NCBI GenBank assembly: GCA_049611865.1
Contig: JBMZAY010000010.1
Location: forward strand, 20,354-84,353
From: Crocinitomicaceae bacterium
Lineage (GTDB): Bacteria; Bacteroidota; Bacteroidia; Flavobacteriales_D; Crocinitomicaceae
Length of the DNA: 64,000 nucleotides
Reading direction: 5' to 3'
Shown: positions 1 to 9,486 of the stretch, in pieces
Numbering within the stretch: position 1 is the stretch's first letter
How the letters are laid out: every line of letters starts with the position of its first letter
Notes under the pieces: generated by a model
What the model was told of the DNA's origin: nothing
The model's input: only the letters and a program-made list of their open reading frames with translations
Database searches by the model: none
Made by a program: the position numbers and the translations under genes

Positions 1-204
1 CTCACCACTTCCTCGTTCACCTTCAATAATGTACGTCTCTATACGCTCACCATTATTTACATTGACGATTTGAACACGCTCCCCTTCAATCATATTCGCT
101 GCCTCCAGCAAATCAGGGTCAATGGTTATACTTCCAATATAGTTTAAGTCTGCCTCAGTAACTTTTACCCGGTGAATCTTTGATTTTAGTACTTGTATCA
201 ACAT
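1..204 (-). CDS. panD: Aspartate 1-decarboxylase, 5' part; runs off the window edge
   Basis: Manual translation from ATG at 204 gives [68 protein letters not shown], with PanD motifs [14 protein letters not shown] and NGERIETY. Not in the ORF track. Confidence 0.95.
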   Translation of the reverse strand, partial: MLIQVLKSKIHRVKVTEADLNYIGSITIDPDLLEAANMIEGERVQIVNVNNGERIETYIIEGERGSGE

Positions 205-223
205 GTTGATTAAAAATGTGGTG

Positions 224-231
224 CAAAATTA
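224..231 (-). promoter_or_regulatory. Bacteroidota -7 promoter element (TAATTTTG) upstream of panD
   Basis: Exact match to TAnnTTTG, 19 nt before the ATG. Confidence 0.5.
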
Positions 232-324
232 AGTCAAATATTCGATTTGACATGCTTTACATACTTGAGTTTAGGCAATTTCCATGCCTAAAACCAACTC
301 ATACTTGGATTTCAATAGCTTTAA

Positions 325-1410
325 CTAAGCTTGATTTCCCATTAAGAAAGCCTTTAAGAACTCATCGATATCGCCATTCATCACCGCATCAACATTTGAG
401 GTCTCATACCCGGTTCTGACATCTTTCACCAATTTATAGGGCTGCATGACGTAATTTCGTATCTGGGAACCCCATTCGATCTTCATCTTATTTGCCTCAA
501 TTTCGTTTTGTTTTGCCATTCGCTCACGCAGTTCTAACTCGTATAATTGAGATTTCAGCAACTGCATTGCTTTTTCTTTATTTGACAATTGAGATCTAGA
601 TTCTGAATTTTCTATTATAATTCCCGATGGTGCATGTCTAAGTCGAACCGCAGTTTCAACCTTGTTTACGTTCTGACCACCAGCACCGCCAGCTCGAAAT
701 GTCTCCCAAGTAATATCGGCGGGATTAATATTAATTTCTATTGAGTCATCAACTAAAGGGTATACATAGACTGAAACAAAAGATGTATGTCTTTTTGCAT
801 TCGAGTCGAATGGCGAAATCCGAACTAATCGATGCACACCGTTTTCTCCTTTTAAGTAACCGAAGGCAAACTCTCCATCAAATTCTAAAGTAACCGTTTT
901 GACACCTGCAACATCCCCAGCTTGGTAATTCAACTCTTTTATTTTCATACCATTCTTCTCTCCCCACATAATGTACATCCGCATGAGCATGGATGCCCAA
1001 TCGCAGCTTTCTGTTCCTCCAGCACCGGCAGTAATTTGCATCACAGCCTTTAAACTATCCTCTTCTGCACTGAGCATATTTTTGAACTCAAGCTCCTCTA
1101 ATTTCTCGATCGATTTTTCAAAATGTTTTTCAATCTCAGATTCTTCCGACTCCCCCATCTCATAGAACTCAATAAGCACTTTTAAATCTTCAAGATCGGT
1201 TTTAACCGATTCGTAGGCATCGATCCAAAACTTTTTGCCGCGCATTGATTTAAGAATGCGTTCCGCTTTTTTTGGATCATCCCAAAAAGTTGGATCTTGT
1301 GACTTAAGATTATCCTCTTGAACATCAACGCGTTTTTCTTCAATCTTTAAATAACTATGAAGTTCATCAATTCTTCGCTCGAAATCTTTTATTTGATCCT
1401 GTGTCACCAT
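325..1410 (-). CDS. prfB: Peptide chain release factor 2, single uninterrupted ORF
   Basis: [13 protein letters not shown] (GGQ motif), SPF specificity tripeptide in [24 protein letters not shown]. Confidence 0.97.
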   Translation of the reverse strand: MVTQDQIKDFERRIDELHSYLKIEEKRVDVQEDNLKSQDPTFWDDPKKAERILKSMRGKKFWIDAYESVKTDLEDLKVLIEFYEMGESEESEIEKHFEKSIEKLEELEFKNMLSAEEDSLKAVMQITAGAGGTESCDWASMLMRMYIMWGEKNGMKIKELNYQAGDVAGVKTVTLEFDGEFAFGYLKGENGVHRLVRISPFDSNAKRHTSFVSVYVYPLVDDSIEININPADITWETFRAGGAGGQNVNKVETAVRLRHAPSGIIIENSESRSQLSNKEKAMQLLKSQLYELELRERMAKQNEIEANKMKIEWGSQIRNYVMQPYKLVKDVRTGYETSNVDAVMNGDIDEFLKAFLMGNQA

Positions 1411-1562
1411 GTTGCAAAAATTATATTTTTTTTTCGTTTTTCATCGAAAATAGCACGGAATAAATGCGATTGAGAATCTGATTCATCTATACAATCCTGT
1501 CAGAACTTATTAACAGTAAATGAAGTTATTCAATACCTAGTTCATCAATTGTAATATTATTC

Positions 1563-1570
1563 TAAATTTG
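1563..1570 (+). promoter_or_regulatory. -7 promoter element (TAAATTTG) upstream of gcvH
   Basis: Exact TAnnTTTG in the divergent prfB/gcvH spacer. Confidence 0.55.
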
Positions 1571-1598
1571 TGTAAAACTATTATTAAAGAGAACACAA

Positions 1599-1976
1599 AT
1601 GAATGTACCTGCTGATTTAAAGTACACAAAAGACCACGAATGGGTAAAAGTAGATGGCGACACAGCCATTATCGGTGTAACTGATTTCGCTCAAAGTGAA
1701 TTGGGTGATATCGTATATGTAGAGGTTGAGACTGAAGGAGAGACCCTAGACCAAGAAGAAGTTTTTGGTTCGATTGAAGCTGTAAAGACAGTTTCTGACT
1801 TGTTTATGCCTGTAAGTGGTGAAGTTACTGCATTCAATGAAGAATTAGAATCAAACCCGGAGGTTGTAAACTCTGATCCATACGGAGAAGGTTGGATGAT
1901 AAAAGTTGCGCTATCGGATGCTTCCGAATTGGACAATCTTTTATCAGCAGATGAGTACAAAGACCTCATTGGTTAA
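1599..1976 (+). CDS. gcvH: Glycine cleavage system H protein
   Basis: [23 protein letters not shown], lipoyl-lysine motif [19 protein letters not shown]. Confidence 0.97.
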   Translation: MNVPADLKYTKDHEWVKVDGDTAIIGVTDFAQSELGDIVYVEVETEGETLDQEEVFGSIEAVKTVSDLFMPVSGEVTAFNEELESNPEVVNSDPYGEGWMIKVALSDASELDNLLSADEYKDLIG

Positions 1977-2367
1977 GAAAAACCGCTATCACATTCCCTG
2001 GGTTTTATGGACCCTGATCATCTTGGTTTTAAGTTTAACACCAGGCGATCAATTACCAGATTTAACTCTTGATTGGATATCTCCGGATACGTTGGCCCAT
2101 CTCATCATGTACACCATTTTATCATGGTTTTTATTGTTGGGTTTTGGAATACGTGAAAAAAAAATGAACCGATCTGATATTCGATTGTACGGAGGGGTGA
2201 TAATAGCAGGGATCGTTTTGGGTACACTCATCGAAATTGCTCAGGGAACACTCATTTATCGGAGGCATTTTGATGTAGCTGATATAGTGGCCAACCTTTT
2301 TGGAACAATTTTTGGTGCAATTACCTTTAAATGGACTGCTAGAAAAATAGGTATTATTAACCGCTAA
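1969..2367 (+). CDS. VanZ-like membrane protein
   Basis: [22 protein letters not shown] and [11 protein letters not shown] follow the VanZ pattern. The start is probably the TTG at 1969 overlapping the gcvH stop; the ORF track extends it to 1906. Confidence 0.75.
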   Translation: MVKKNRYHIPWVLWTLIILVLSLTPGDQLPDLTLDWISPDTLAHLIMYTILSWFLLLGFGIREKKMNRSDIRLYGGVIIAGIVLGTLIEIAQGTLIYRRHFDVADIVANLFGTIFGAITFKWTARKIGIINR

Positions 2368-2414
2368 GTTGACTATTTTATTATTAACTTAGCAACGTTC
2401 AAATTGACAGAACT

Positions 2415-3083
2415 ATGGAACTCAAAAAATCAAGAGAGGCGAATTTAGAGAACAAGCGAGCAGGCTTTTTCTTTGTTGGTCTTGTGATGATATCAGCACT
2501 AGTGTTGATGGCATTCAATTTCCGTGAATTTATCCCAGATGATAAGGTAGCGGAAGTAGAGCACGAAACAGAGACGGAAGATCTATTATTTGATATTCCA
2601 CCAGAAGAGGAACCACCACCGCCACCACCTGAGCAGGCACCACCTCCACCGGTGATTGAAGAAATTGAGGTTGTGGAGGATGACGAAGAGGTTGAGGAAA
2701 TTGACCTTGGATTCATCGATGATGAAATTGAAGAAGTTCCTGAAGAAGAGCCAGAAATTGTTGCGGAAGCAATTTTGGACATCGCAGAAGTCGAGCCTGA
2801 ATTTCCAGGCGGACCTGCTGAAATGGCTAAGTGGATTCAAGAGAATGTAGAATATCCTGAGCTTTCTCGTGAGATGGGAGAGCAAGGAACAGTTTACGTT
2901 CAATTCGTAGTGAACAAAAACGGTTCTATTGAGCAAACGAAGGTATTAAAAGGTGTTTCAGATGCCTTAGATAAAGAAGCAAAACGAGTTGTAGGCAATA
3001 TGCCTCGTTGGAAACCGGGTGAACAGGCTGGAAAACCAGTACGTGTTCGTTACACGATTCCAATTAAATTTAAATTGGGATAA
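2415..3083 (+). CDS. tonB: Energy transducer TonB
   Basis: N-terminal TM helix, Pro/Glu-rich linker, and TonB C-terminal domain (EPEFPGG, YPELSREMGEQGTVYVQFVV, WKPGEQAGKPVRVRYTIPIKF). Confidence 0.92.
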   Translation: MELKKSREANLENKRAGFFFVGLVMISALVLMAFNFREFIPDDKVAEVEHETETEDLLFDIPPEEEPPPPPPEQAPPPPVIEEIEVVEDDEEVEEIDLGFIDDEIEEVPEEEPEIVAEAILDIAEVEPEFPGGPAEMAKWIQENVEYPELSREMGEQGTVYVQFVVNKNGSIEQTKVLKGVSDALDKEAKRVVGNMPRWKPGEQAGKPVRVRYTIPIKFKLG

Positions 3084-3105
3084 CCCACTTCTGATAAAAC
3101 TATCG

Positions 3106-3138
3106 AAATCCGTCTCCATTTTTGGGGACGGATTTTTT
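3106..3138 (+). terminator. Intrinsic terminator after tonB
   Basis: Stem AAATCCGTCTCC / GGGGACGGATTT followed by a T run. Confidence 0.75.
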
Positions 3139-3157
3139 ATATTTGGACTTCTGCTTA

Positions 3158-3907
3158 ATGACAAAAAAAAATACCATACTACAACTTATTCAATGTATTG
3201 ATCTTACCACGTTAGCTGATACCGACAATCATGCTTCTGTAATGAAATTGGTACATAAGGCCAATGCTGGGTTTCAAGGTATAAATCCAGCAGCAGTTTG
3301 TGTCTTTTCTAATTTTGGGAACGATGTAAGAGCAGCACTAAACCCCTCCATGAAGACTGCTGTAGTTGGCTCTTGCTTTCCTTCTGGTCAAACGCTTAGC
3401 GCGGCTAAAATTCATGAAGCTCAATTAATTGCACAAACCAATATTGACGAACTGGACATTGTTATTAATCGAGGGGATGCTTTAGCAAAAAATGATGATA
3501 CGATTTTTGAGGAGATCAGTAAGATTCGCTCTGCTATAGGATCGAAACACCTCAAGGTAATCTTGGAAACTGGTGATCTAAATACTGAAGAACGAATCAA
3601 AACCATGGCAAAAATCAGTATTGATGCCGGAGCTGACTTTATAAAAACCTCCACGGGTAAAACCGCTACAGGTGCAAGTTTTGAAGCAGTGAAGTGGATG
3701 TGCGAAGTAATTCGCGACCATCATCAGGAAACAGGAAAAAAAATTGGCATAAAGCCATCAGGTGGAATTCGCACTTATCAAGATGCAATCGCCTATTTCG
3801 ACATTGTTGGAGACATATTAGGCTCGGATTGGCAAAATCCGAACCTGTTTCGTATTGGAGCAAGCTCACTCTACGATGCGTTAATCGAAGCTTATAAAAC
3901 TGCTTGA
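3158..3907 (+). CDS. deoC: Deoxyribose-phosphate aldolase
   Basis: IDLTTL, ELDIVI, LKVILETG, Schiff-base lysine in DFIKTSTGK, GIKPSGGIR, FRIGASSL. ATG 3158 is preferred because the track start lies inside the terminator. Confidence 0.93.
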   Translation: MTKKNTILQLIQCIDLTTLADTDNHASVMKLVHKANAGFQGINPAAVCVFSNFGNDVRAALNPSMKTAVVGSCFPSGQTLSAAKIHEAQLIAQTNIDELDIVINRGDALAKNDDTIFEEISKIRSAIGSKHLKVILETGDLNTEERIKTMAKISIDAGADFIKTSTGKTATGASFEAVKWMCEVIRDHHQETGKKIGIKPSGGIRTYQDAIAYFDIVGDILGSDWQNPNLFRIGASSLYDALIEAYKTA

Positions 3908-3909
3908 CG

Positions 3910-4713
3910 ATGGATTACGAAATTCCTCATTCTTGGTTAAAGAATTCGCTTAATGCTGCCATTGAAGCTTCTAATGTAATTGAAAAATTCTATCGATCGA
4001 ATATTGACATCGAAATTAAAGCAGATCATTCACCTGTAACGATTGCGGATAAAACTTCTAGCAAAATTATTCTAGAAAATCTGAACAAGACCAAGATTAC
4101 TGTTATCTCAGAAGAGGAAAATATTCCGCATTTTGAAGAGCGTTGTCAGTTGGATTGGGTGTGGATAGTGGATCCATTAGATGGCACAAAAGAGTTCATT
4201 CGCCAAAACGACGAATTTTGCGTTTGCATTGCGCTCATTTACAAATCCAAACCTGTTTTTGGGATATTAGCTAATCCCGTAAAAAAAATGATCTTAGCCG
4301 GAGGAGAACAATACGGAGCTTTTTATTTCCCTTTCAACGAAGATGGTTTTCAGGATCCAACCTATGAAGTAGAGCAGTTAATTACAAACCCAAAAAAAGT
4401 CATCGCTCATTCACGATCCCATTTTTCTGAAAAGACAAAAAACTTTATTCGAGAAACCGAAAAGCGTTACGGAGAAGTTGAATTTATAAAAAAAGGAAGT
4501 GCTTTAAAATTCGTAGATCTATGTCTTGGAAAAGCGGACTTATACCCTCGATTGGCCCCAACCATGGAATGGGATATTGCTGCTGGTGACGCTATTTACC
4601 GATCTGTTGGTGGTGAAGTAGTTGATTTTACTAAATTTGAACCGTTGAAATACAATAAGGAAAACCTCTATAATCCTTATTTTATAGCACGAAATAAACA
4701 TTTGAAACAATAA
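3910..4713 (+). CDS. cysQ: 3'(2'),5'-bisphosphate nucleotidase CysQ
   Basis: KADHSPVTIAD, WIVDPLDGTKEFI, GSALKF, DLYPRLAPTMEWDIAAG. Confidence 0.9.
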   Translation: MDYEIPHSWLKNSLNAAIEASNVIEKFYRSNIDIEIKADHSPVTIADKTSSKIILENLNKTKITVISEEENIPHFEERCQLDWVWIVDPLDGTKEFIRQNDEFCVCIALIYKSKPVFGILANPVKKMILAGGEQYGAFYFPFNEDGFQDPTYEVEQLITNPKKVIAHSRSHFSEKTKNFIRETEKRYGEVEFIKKGSALKFVDLCLGKADLYPRLAPTMEWDIAAGDAIYRSVGGEVVDFTKFEPLKYNKENLYNPYFIARNKHLKQ

Positions 4714-4719
4714 TACGCT

Positions 4720-5808
4720 ATGCGCAAAGTTGCCTTAATTACAGGAATCACAGGACAGGATGGTGCTTATCTTGCCGAACTACTTCTCGAAAAGGGATAT
4801 GTTGTACACGGTATAAAAAGACGTTCTTCTTTATTTAATACCGATCGAATAGATCATTTATATAAAGATCAGCATGAATCTGACGTTCGATTCTTTTTAC
4901 ACTATGGCGACTTAACTGATGCTACAAATCTTATTCGTCTTGTTCAGGAAATAGCTCCAGATGAGATATACAATTTAGCAGCAATGTCTCATGTTAAGGT
5001 TTCTTTTGACACGCCAGAGTACACTGCAAACACCGATGCACTCGGCACACTCCGTATGCTCGAAGCGATTCGTATTTTAAAAATGGAAAAAGAAGTGAAG
5101 TTATACCAAGCTTCAACTTCAGAGCTTTACGGAAAGGTTGTGGAGACACCGCAAACAGAAGAAACACCATTTTACCCAAGAAGTCCATACGGTGTTGCCA
5201 AACTATACGCTTTCTGGATCATCAAAAATTACCGTGAAGCTTATGACATATACGCATGTAACGGCATCCTGTTTAACCATGAAAGTCCTTTAAGAGGTGA
5301 AACGTTTGTTACCCGAAAGATCACTCGGGCAGCAGCAAAAATAAAGCTCGGCTTACAAGATAAATTATTCCTTGGAAACCTTGACGCTCAGCGTGACTGG
5401 GGACATGCGAAAGATTATGTTTATGGCATGTACCTCATAATGCAACAAGACAAAGCTGATGATTATGTATTAGCTACAGGAGAAACTCATCCGGTTCGTG
5501 AGTTTGTTGAAAAATCATTTGCAAGAGTTGACATTAAGATTCGATGGGAAGGAGAAGGTGTTGATGAGAAAGGAATCGATATTGAAACAGGCAAAGTATT
5601 GATAGAAGTAGACCCGAAATATTTCCGTCCTACCGAGGTTGATCTCTTACTCGGAAATCCAGCAAAAGCGAAAAGAGAATTGGGATGGGAGCCGACCTAC
5701 TCTTTCAATGAATTGGTTAACGAGATGGTCGATGCCGATTTAGCCTTATTCAAAAGGGATAAATACCTTCTTGAAGGTGGACATAAAATTTATCATCAAA
5801 AAGAATAA
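4720..5808 (+). CDS. gmd: GDP-mannose 4,6-dehydratase
   Basis: [54 protein letters not shown]. Confidence 0.98.
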   Translation: MRKVALITGITGQDGAYLAELLLEKGYVVHGIKRRSSLFNTDRIDHLYKDQHESDVRFFLHYGDLTDATNLIRLVQEIAPDEIYNLAAMSHVKVSFDTPEYTANTDALGTLRMLEAIRILKMEKEVKLYQASTSELYGKVVETPQTEETPFYPRSPYGVAKLYAFWIIKNYREAYDIYACNGILFNHESPLRGETFVTRKITRAAAKIKLGLQDKLFLGNLDAQRDWGHAKDYVYGMYLIMQQDKADDYVLATGETHPVREFVEKSFARVDIKIRWEGEGVDEKGIDIETGKVLIEVDPKYFRPTEVDLLLGNPAKAKRELGWEPTYSFNELVNEMVDADLALFKRDKYLLEGGHKIYHQKE

Positions 5809-5812
5809 CCCC

Positions 5813-6751
5813 TTGGAAAAGCAAGCTAAAATCTATATAGCCGGCCATCGTGGTGTGGTTGGATCGGCGATTCTACGCAAATTAGAAGAACAAGGCTATC
5901 ACAATATTACCGTCCGAACCTCTACAGAACTAGATTTAAGAGATCAACATGCAGTAAATCTATTCTTTGAAGAGGAAAAGCCGAACTATGTTTTCCTTGC
6001 GGCTGCGAAAGTAGGCGGGATTCATGCTAATAATATTTATAGAGCGGAGTTTCTTTATGACAACTTGATGATCGCTAGTAATATTATTCATGCTGCACAT
6101 AAGGCAGAAGTAAAAAAACTTCTATTTCTGGGGTCTTCTTGTATTTATCCCAAACTAGCTGAACAACCTTTGAAGGAAGATTACCTGCTAACCGGATCAC
6201 TCGAATCGACTAACGAGCCATATGCTATTGCCAAAATAGCTGGAATCAAGTTGTGCGAGACCTATCGCGACCAATACGGCGATGCTTTTATTTCAGCGAT
6301 GCCTACCAATCTCTACGGTCCTAATGACAACTATCACCCTGAAAACTCCCATGTTTTACCTGCATTATTGCGCAAGTTTCATCTAGCGAAAATCAATAAT
6401 GAGTCACATGTAGAAATTTGGGGATCTGGAAAACCAATGCGTGAATTTTTACATGCAGACGACCTTGCTGACGCATGCTTGTTCTTGATGGAGAATTACA
6501 ATGAAAAGCAATTTGTTAATGTTGGTACAGGTAAAGATATCACCATAGCCGAATTAGCGAGACTTATCAAGGATATTGTTGGATATGATGGAGACCTTAT
6601 TTTTAACACAGATAAACCAGACGGCACACCACGCAAATTAATGGATGTCTCAAACATCAATCAATTAGGTTGGAAAGCAGCGATTTCATTGGAAGAAGGC
6701 ATCCGAAAAACATATCAGTTGGCACTTGAAAATGGCAGGCTGGTCGAATAA
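5813..6751 (+). CDS. fcl: GDP-L-fucose synthase
   Basis: [59 protein letters not shown]. Likely TTG start at 5813; the track start is 5771. Confidence 0.96.
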   Translation: MEKQAKIYIAGHRGVVGSAILRKLEEQGYHNITVRTSTELDLRDQHAVNLFFEEEKPNYVFLAAAKVGGIHANNIYRAEFLYDNLMIASNIIHAAHKAEVKKLLFLGSSCIYPKLAEQPLKEDYLLTGSLESTNEPYAIAKIAGIKLCETYRDQYGDAFISAMPTNLYGPNDNYHPENSHVLPALLRKFHLAKINNESHVEIWGSGKPMREFLHADDLADACLFLMENYNEKQFVNVGTGKDITIAELARLIKDIVGYDGDLIFNTDKPDGTPRKLMDVSNINQLGWKAAISLEEGIRKTYQLALENGRLVE

Positions 6752-6798
6752 TCCATTAATTTGGAAACCAATAGTCGAACGACCACGTATTTTAAGAT

Positions 6799-8394
6799 GT
6801 GAATAAACAGCTTGGAATTTATCTCTTCTTGTTGACTTGCTTCTTTTATACGGATGCGAATGGCCAGCTGTATTTACCACTCAATAATTATTATCAAAAT
6901 GAAGCAGAACGACATTTTTTGAGGGATAGTGTCTCAAGTATTGCCGGCTCTCATAGAAGCATGAAACCCATTTTGGATAAGAAAACTTACCCAGAAAAAA
7001 TCTATAACAGCGAAGGCAAACATTATTATTGGATCACTCAAAAAATTTTCAAAGAGAACTTTATTGTCTTTGAAGGAGAAGACTATTGGTGCAGCATTGA
7101 TCCTATTTTGGATCTCGAATTAGGCAGTGATTTTTCCGCAGACAGTCTTGAACGATTATATTGGAACACCAGAGGAATAAGAATACAAGGTCGATTCTTT
7201 GACCAAGTAGGTTTTTCAACAGTCATTTATGAGAATCAAGCGATTCTACCTCATTACCAGCGCACTTATGCTGATGACCACGGTGAATTTTTCCCGAACA
7301 GCATCTTAACCCAATACCAACAAAACAATGCCATAATTCCAGGTTATGCGCGCACAAAGTCTTTTAAAACTAACGGGTATGATTTTGGATTTGCTGAAGG
7401 ATACGTGAACTATATCCCTTCGAAACACTTCAATATTCAGCTCGGTAATGGAAACCATTTCATCGGTAACGGCTACCGATCACTGTTGCTATCCGATTTC
7501 ACGACCAATTATCCTTTCCTTAAACTCGAAACAAACCTCTGGGAAGATCGCATTCAATACAATACGATTTATTCGTTACATCAAAACCCATATCGACTGG
7601 TTGCATACACCACTCCCGAAGCGACTTATGAGCGTAAAATTGGCACCTACCACTACCTTGACTTTGCTATCAACAAACATATACAACTGGGAATTTTTGA
7701 AGGAAATCATTGGCGTTTAGTCGACTCTTTAGGTTCTCACAGTCCAGATTACCTTTTTATCAATCCAATACCTTTTATCAACACGATCATCAAACAAAAT
7801 GATAGCACTGGATTTTGTTCAGTTATGGGATTTAATCTGGCAGGCAATATTCACCAACTCTCAGCTTATTCTCAAATCGTTGTTAGCAATGGTAAACTCG
7901 GCGGCTATCAATTTGGGTTAAAATATTACGATTTATTGATCGATCAGCTGGACCTGGGCGTCGAATACAACCAAGTATTTGCCAACACCTATTTGAATGA
8001 AAATGAACGGTATAATTACAGTCACAACAATTTACCGATCGCTCATCCATTTGTCAATGATTTTCAGGAATTGGTGGTGAGATTAGAATATCAACACAAT
8101 CGTTTTTTTGTTAGGAATAGCCTAAATTATTCGCAACGAACATACCAAGACAGCTTGCCTGTATACAACACGATCCTGGACCCATTGACAGAGAACAAGT
8201 CAGCAAATACACATCGCGGAATCTTCCTTTACAACCAACTCGAAATCGGTTATCACTTTAACAAAACAAATAATTTACAATTCTTTTTAGGACACTTGTA
8301 TCGCAATCAGAATGCCCCATCTGATAACCCGTTAACGAATTATGCGTATATAGGCGTGCGTACTGAGTTGAAGAATAAATACAGAGACTTTTAG
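6799..8394 (+). CDS. RemB/Wzi-like outer-membrane protein, paralog 1
   Basis: Signal peptide; FIGNGYRSLLLSD motif shared with 9479..10996; beta-strand-rich with an aromatic C-terminus. Confidence 0.65.
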   Translation: MNKQLGIYLFLLTCFFYTDANGQLYLPLNNYYQNEAERHFLRDSVSSIAGSHRSMKPILDKKTYPEKIYNSEGKHYYWITQKIFKENFIVFEGEDYWCSIDPILDLELGSDFSADSLERLYWNTRGIRIQGRFFDQVGFSTVIYENQAILPHYQRTYADDHGEFFPNSILTQYQQNNAIIPGYARTKSFKTNGYDFGFAEGYVNYIPSKHFNIQLGNGNHFIGNGYRSLLLSDFTTNYPFLKLETNLWEDRIQYNTIYSLHQNPYRLVAYTTPEATYERKIGTYHYLDFAINKHIQLGIFEGNHWRLVDSLGSHSPDYLFINPIPFINTIIKQNDSTGFCSVMGFNLAGNIHQLSAYSQIVVSNGKLGGYQFGLKYYDLLIDQLDLGVEYNQVFANTYLNENERYNYSHNNLPIAHPFVNDFQELVVRLEYQHNRFFVRNSLNYSQRTYQDSLPVYNTILDPLTENKSANTHRGIFLYNQLEIGYHFNKTNNLQFFLGHLYRNQNAPSDNPLTNYAYIGVRTELKNKYRDF

Positions 8395-8400
8395 CAAACC

Positions 8401-9486
8401 ATGAAAGATTATCACCTCATATTATCCTTTATCACTGCATTTAGTGTTGTGTTGCTGGCTACTCCCGCTTTGATAAAAGTAGCGAAGTTAAAGCACTTGG
8501 TTGATGAACCAAGCGAAGCTCGAAAAAAACATACAACAAGTATCCCTACTATTGGTGGAGTAATCATATTTAGTGCGTTTATCTTTTCGTCATTTCTTTG
8601 GCTGCCCGTCAACGACCAGGGTGTTATCGAAGGACTGGAACAATTCATGTTTTTAATGGCCAGTCTAATCCTCCTTTTCTTTGTCGGGGTAAAAGACGAT
8701 ATCATCGGTATGTCGCCAATGAAAAAGTTGATTTCACATGTTATGGTGGGCTTTATTCTCGTGGTAATGGGAGGTATAAAAATAACCAGTTTTCATGGGA
8801 TATTAGGAATGGACATTATCCTTCCAGATTACGCGAGTATCTTGCTCTCGATATTTATCTATATAGTAGTAGTAAACTCAATCAACTTAATTGACGGTGT
8901 TGACGGACTTGCTAGTGGGATCGGCTTACTTTCCACTTGTGTATTTGGAATATGGTTTGCGCATTACGACCAAATGCATTGGGCTGTGGTATCATTTTCA
9001 TTAAGTGGTGCTTTGCTGGGCTTTTTGATATTTAACTTTAATCCAGCTCGTATATTTATGGGCGATTCTGGATCATTAATTATTGGAGCGGTCATTAGCG
9101 TCTTAGCGATCCAGCTGATTGAGTCACCTGTAGATCAACTGCCAGAAGGTTATCAACTCATTTCTACACCAGTGATGGCCATGGCTATACTGGCCTATCC
9201 TTTGCTAGACACCTTGCGGGTGTTTATCATTCGTACATCCAGAGGAAAATCACCTTTAAGCGCTGACCGAACACATTTGCATCATCGTTTACAAGATCGT
9301 GGATTTGGACATAAGAAAACCGTGCTCATCATTTACATTTTCAACTTATGCATGATGGCGCAAGCTTTTTTTATTCAGTTCGAAAATCCTAATTTCAGCT
9401 TCCTTGTAAGTCTGGGCTTCGCAGCTTTGTTCATTGTCATAGTTTTCGCCGGAAAGAAAAAAAAGCATACTGACGAGAGTGAATAA
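8401..9486 (+). CDS. Glycosyltransferase family 4 (WecA/MraY-like polyprenyl-phosphate HexNAc-1-P transferase)
   Basis: KKHTTSIPTIGG, GVKDD, NSINLIDGVDGLA, FNFNPARIFMGDSGS, DRTHLHHRL; about 11 TM segments. Confidence 0.9.
   Translation: MKDYHLILSFITAFSVVLLATPALIKVAKLKHLVDEPSEARKKHTTSIPTIGGVIIFSAFIFSSFLWLPVNDQGVIEGLEQFMFLMASLILLFFVGVKDDIIGMSPMKKLISHVMVGFILVVMGGIKITSFHGILGMDIILPDYASILLSIFIYIVVVNSINLIDGVDGLASGIGLLSTCVFGIWFAHYDQMHWAVVSFSLSGALLGFLIFNFNPARIFMGDSGSLIIGAVISVLAIQLIESPVDQLPEGYQLISTPVMAMAILAYPLLDTLRVFIIRTSRGKSPLSADRTHLHHRLQDRGFGHKKTVLIIYIFNLCMMAQAFFIQFENPNFSFLVSLGFAALFIVIVFAGKKKKHTDESE

Noticed and set aside
270-292. Hairpin TTTAGGCA..TGCCTAAA between prfB and panD
   Set aside because: An 8-bp AT-rich stem without a clear U tract; too weak to call a terminator or regulatory RNA.
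2586-2760. Pro/Glu-rich low-complexity tract in tonB
   Set aside because: Normal periplasm-spanning TonB linker.
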